64,000 nt of DNA from Podospora anserina (taxonomy: Eukaryota), in assembly GCA_017654855.1 (NCBI GenBank), contig CM030334.1, forward strand, positions 1,736,001 through 1,800,000, given 5' to 3'. The translations under genes and the position numbers were made by a program. Positions 60,474-64,000 of the stretch are shown here, one piece after another (within the stretch, counting starts at the first letter, position 1; each line of letters starts with the position of its first letter). The notes under the pieces are model-generated. The model did no database searches and had not been told where the DNA came from. It worked only from the letters and a program-made list of their open reading frames with translations.

Positions 60474-62031
60474 GGTGGGCAAGTGCTGTTGGACAGGCAG
60501 GGGCGGTTGGTGCTGGCATCAATGGTCGATGCCCGAAGGCTCTTGACCATGCACCACCCGGTGGAGCTAGTTCTGGCAATTTATTTGGGCCAGATATGTG
60601 CGTGGTGTGAGATGCTACACTCAAGTTAGCATTTGATGCAGACTGTAAGGTAGGTGATGGTGTTTGAAGTTCGGCTCAACTCACCAGGAGAATCGATTGA
60701 TCGGACGATAGGTCGGTTCGATGTGCTGTGATATGGGATGATTTATTTCCACGCACCGTGAAACAAAGGATGCCCCACGAAGGTTTCCTTTGATTCGTTT
60801 GCTGTTCACTGAAGCAGATGTGAGATGAAGTTGAGAAGCGACTTCAGGAGTGTGAACCAATGAGGCCTGAGGTCCCACTAAATAATTGCTAGGGGTTGGT
60901 TGCTGGGTGAAGCTGCCCCACCATCACAAGTATCACCAAACAGGCAAGAACGGCCCTTCAGTATCAACCCCGCTCTTCAATTGGATCAGGATTTGGGTAT
61001 TGCCCTCAGGAGAGGCAGGAAAGGGCCATCCAAGGCAGCGGGAATTGGCAGTTTGAGGTGTTGCCTCAGCAATGGCCCGGTCATCGACACCAAGAACAGC
61101 TTCGCTCTGTCTTGCAGGGTTCTTTTGTTGAATATCATTGTAGGAGAGACCACAATAGCTCATGCCGCAGCAGTAAAGCCTCTTGGACAGCTGAATAATG
61201 TTTTTGATGGAGAAATAGCCAACGCGGATCCAATATCAAGAGACTAGAGCCTTGAGCTCTCACAGCATAGGTTGATGTGTTTGGGTCTCTGAAAAGTGGA
61301 CACTGGCCTCAATTTTTGAGTTGGCTAGTGGCCGCCTCGCACCACAAAAACACCGAAAAAGCTTAATTATAACACTTGCAAGTTCTCGCTCCTTGTGATG
61401 CTGTCAGCCTTGATATTTGTCTTTGCACATCAACCATGTCGTCGGTATCTGGACGTGGGGAGAGCCGATGCTACCCTTGTAAGTTCAAGCTTCAGCACGT
61501 GACATCCCCTTTGCAGTGCATGGTTCAAGTTTGAAGACCCCGGCTTGTCCGAGTCCCGAGAGTGACAAGTGCACTGGACTCCGCTACGGATTTGACAGAG
61601 AGATGCTGTGTCTCTGAACAAAGTATTGAGAGCCGGACCTTTATTCAGGTTGTCCCGGCACTTTTCCGACAGACCCCCGGACAAACCAAAAGAACCTGGA
61701 AGGGCCAAAGATAGACGACAGCAAAGCCCGCTATCAGCCATCCTAAAACAGGCGCCGAACACCGCCACTTGTTCGTCAGCTGGGGCGCTCGACCAACTGC
61801 TGGACCGAGACCCACTGGCCTGAGCCGCACCGCCCTGCCCTCATTGACTCCTGGACGCTGCTTGCCTGGGCGTTTGAACCTGGTATTTGGCATCTGGCTG
61901 GCTTTGGCATTCCGTCTTTGTGCACTTGCATCAACGAATCCAGCTTCGACCCATCGACCGAGACAACCTCCCCGGCACATTTCAGATTTCAAGAAACCAC
62001 AAGCACCCTCACCTCTCACCTCATCGCAGCC

Positions 62032-62986
<955 letters not shown>

Positions 62987-63797
62987 TTGTGGGCGGATAT
63001 GATGATTACATGGCGTCACTTTATGTCTGATATGAACGGGGACGGGGATTCTTATGGCCATGGGGAGAGGATATGGATCTTGCTAAGCCTCCCGGGGATG
63101 CGTTCTACTAGCTTGTTTTTGTTGTCTACTGCTTTTACATACCTTTGCTGGTTGTTGGGATTTCTACAAATGGGTTTTCCGTTTTCCTTCGACCATCATT
63201 CAAGCATGGTTTTACGAGGCAGTTAGCTGATTGAACTGGGATAATACATTTTACTACTACTTACCACATTGTGATGTCTTGCGTCACCGGGTCATTGTAT
63301 CAAGACATTTTCTCTGCGGCCGAGACGTAGGCCAACTTCGGACGCCCCTTTTTGCAAGGCATCACTCAAAATACTTTTTTTCGTACCCTTTCTCCATCTG
63401 TCATTTTTTTTTAGTTTCGTTTCATGTTCCAGGCACGCGCAAGGTCCAAAAGTCGGGTCTTGGCTTCTCGACCTTCACAAGCAGCGGCGGCGAGGCCCCA
63501 GTGGCCCCTTGCTCCATACGGGAGTACCCCTCGCTCACCGCCTTGCACCATGCGACGCTAAGATAAGCCTTATCTGGAGTGGGGCCGCGAATCAGTGGAC
63601 GAACTTTTTTTTGTTGGCTTGCTGCAGTGCCAATTGATGCTGCAGGCGACTGGCATCAACAGGAACAATAACTTTTTTTTTTTTGACAAGAACTTTGCGA
63701 CCGACGACAAACAACTCCCCACCCCGCCACCACCATCCACTTTGACGAAGGACGTTTGATACCCGAAATCGAGACGAGCAAAGAGAAAGAAACGAGG

Positions 63798-64000
63798 ATG
63801 GCAGCTGTTTACAAATCGCTGGCCAAGACCAGCAGCAAGGCTGACAAGATGGATATCGATGAGGATTCAAAGAGCAGCGGTAACGGGGTTAGGAAAAACA
63901 AGCAGAGGGTGTTGATCCTTTCCTCCAGAGGCGTTACCCATAGGTTTGTTGCACTTTTGCGCAAAAGAAGAAGAAGAGGAGCGGGAGGGTTGGCTAACGG
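63798..64000 (+). CDS. BRX1: Ribosome biogenesis protein Brx1 (partial; exon 1 63798-63943, intron from 63944)
   Basis: MAAVYKSL...KNKQRVLILSSRGVTH, followed by a GTTTGT donor and a GCTAAC branch site at the window end. Confidence 0.85.
   Translation, partial: MAAVYKSLAKTSSKADKMDIDEDSKSSGNGVRKNKQRVLILSSRGVTHRFVALLRKRRRRGAGGLAN

Noticed and set aside
60600-61900. Short ORFs between the chromodomain gene and Rab11
   Set aside because: Fragmentary and with no recognisable homology; treated as intergenic.

Overview
Gene-dense (about 30 genes), intron-rich chromosome segment from a filamentous ascomycete. Intron style, dispersed 5S gene and C-rich-5'/G-rich-3' genes suggest Sordariales, Podospora-like (inference). 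Contents in order: kapC-type bZIP (partial), a hypothetical protein, profilin, GOT1, IES6, DAD4, ARP5, a variant 5S rRNA, a small membrane-protein ORF, complex I 75/78-kDa subunit, a hypothetical protein, SNU66, GH15-CBM20 glucoamylase, aldo-keto reductase, SelO/FMP40, NRK1, PTH2, UTP7, TSR1, ureG, a frameshifted DJ-1/PfpI gene, a PUF protein, RSM27, RNase III, an ACBP/Atg37-like protein, a large chromodomain protein, Rab11 and BRX1 (partial). The most striking signal is that three unrelated genes end in a TAG (context T-TAG-R) followed immediately, in the same frame, by very long open extensions. These are GOT1 (161 codons), the 211-aa hypothetical gene (446 codons) and the chromodomain gene (423 codons), and all three extensions carry NLS-like basic clusters. 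This fits hidden C-terminal isoforms unlocked by sexual-stage A-to-I stop-loss editing (UAG to UGG) or readthrough; that mechanism is an inference. Also notable: the IES6/ARP5 INO80 module genes are clustered, a triple CGG-N8 array lies at the glucoamylase promoter, and UTP7/TSR1 share a short divergent intergenic region. Intron coordinates were read by eye from GT/AG, branch sites and frame continuity. No transposon or tRNA was recognised.
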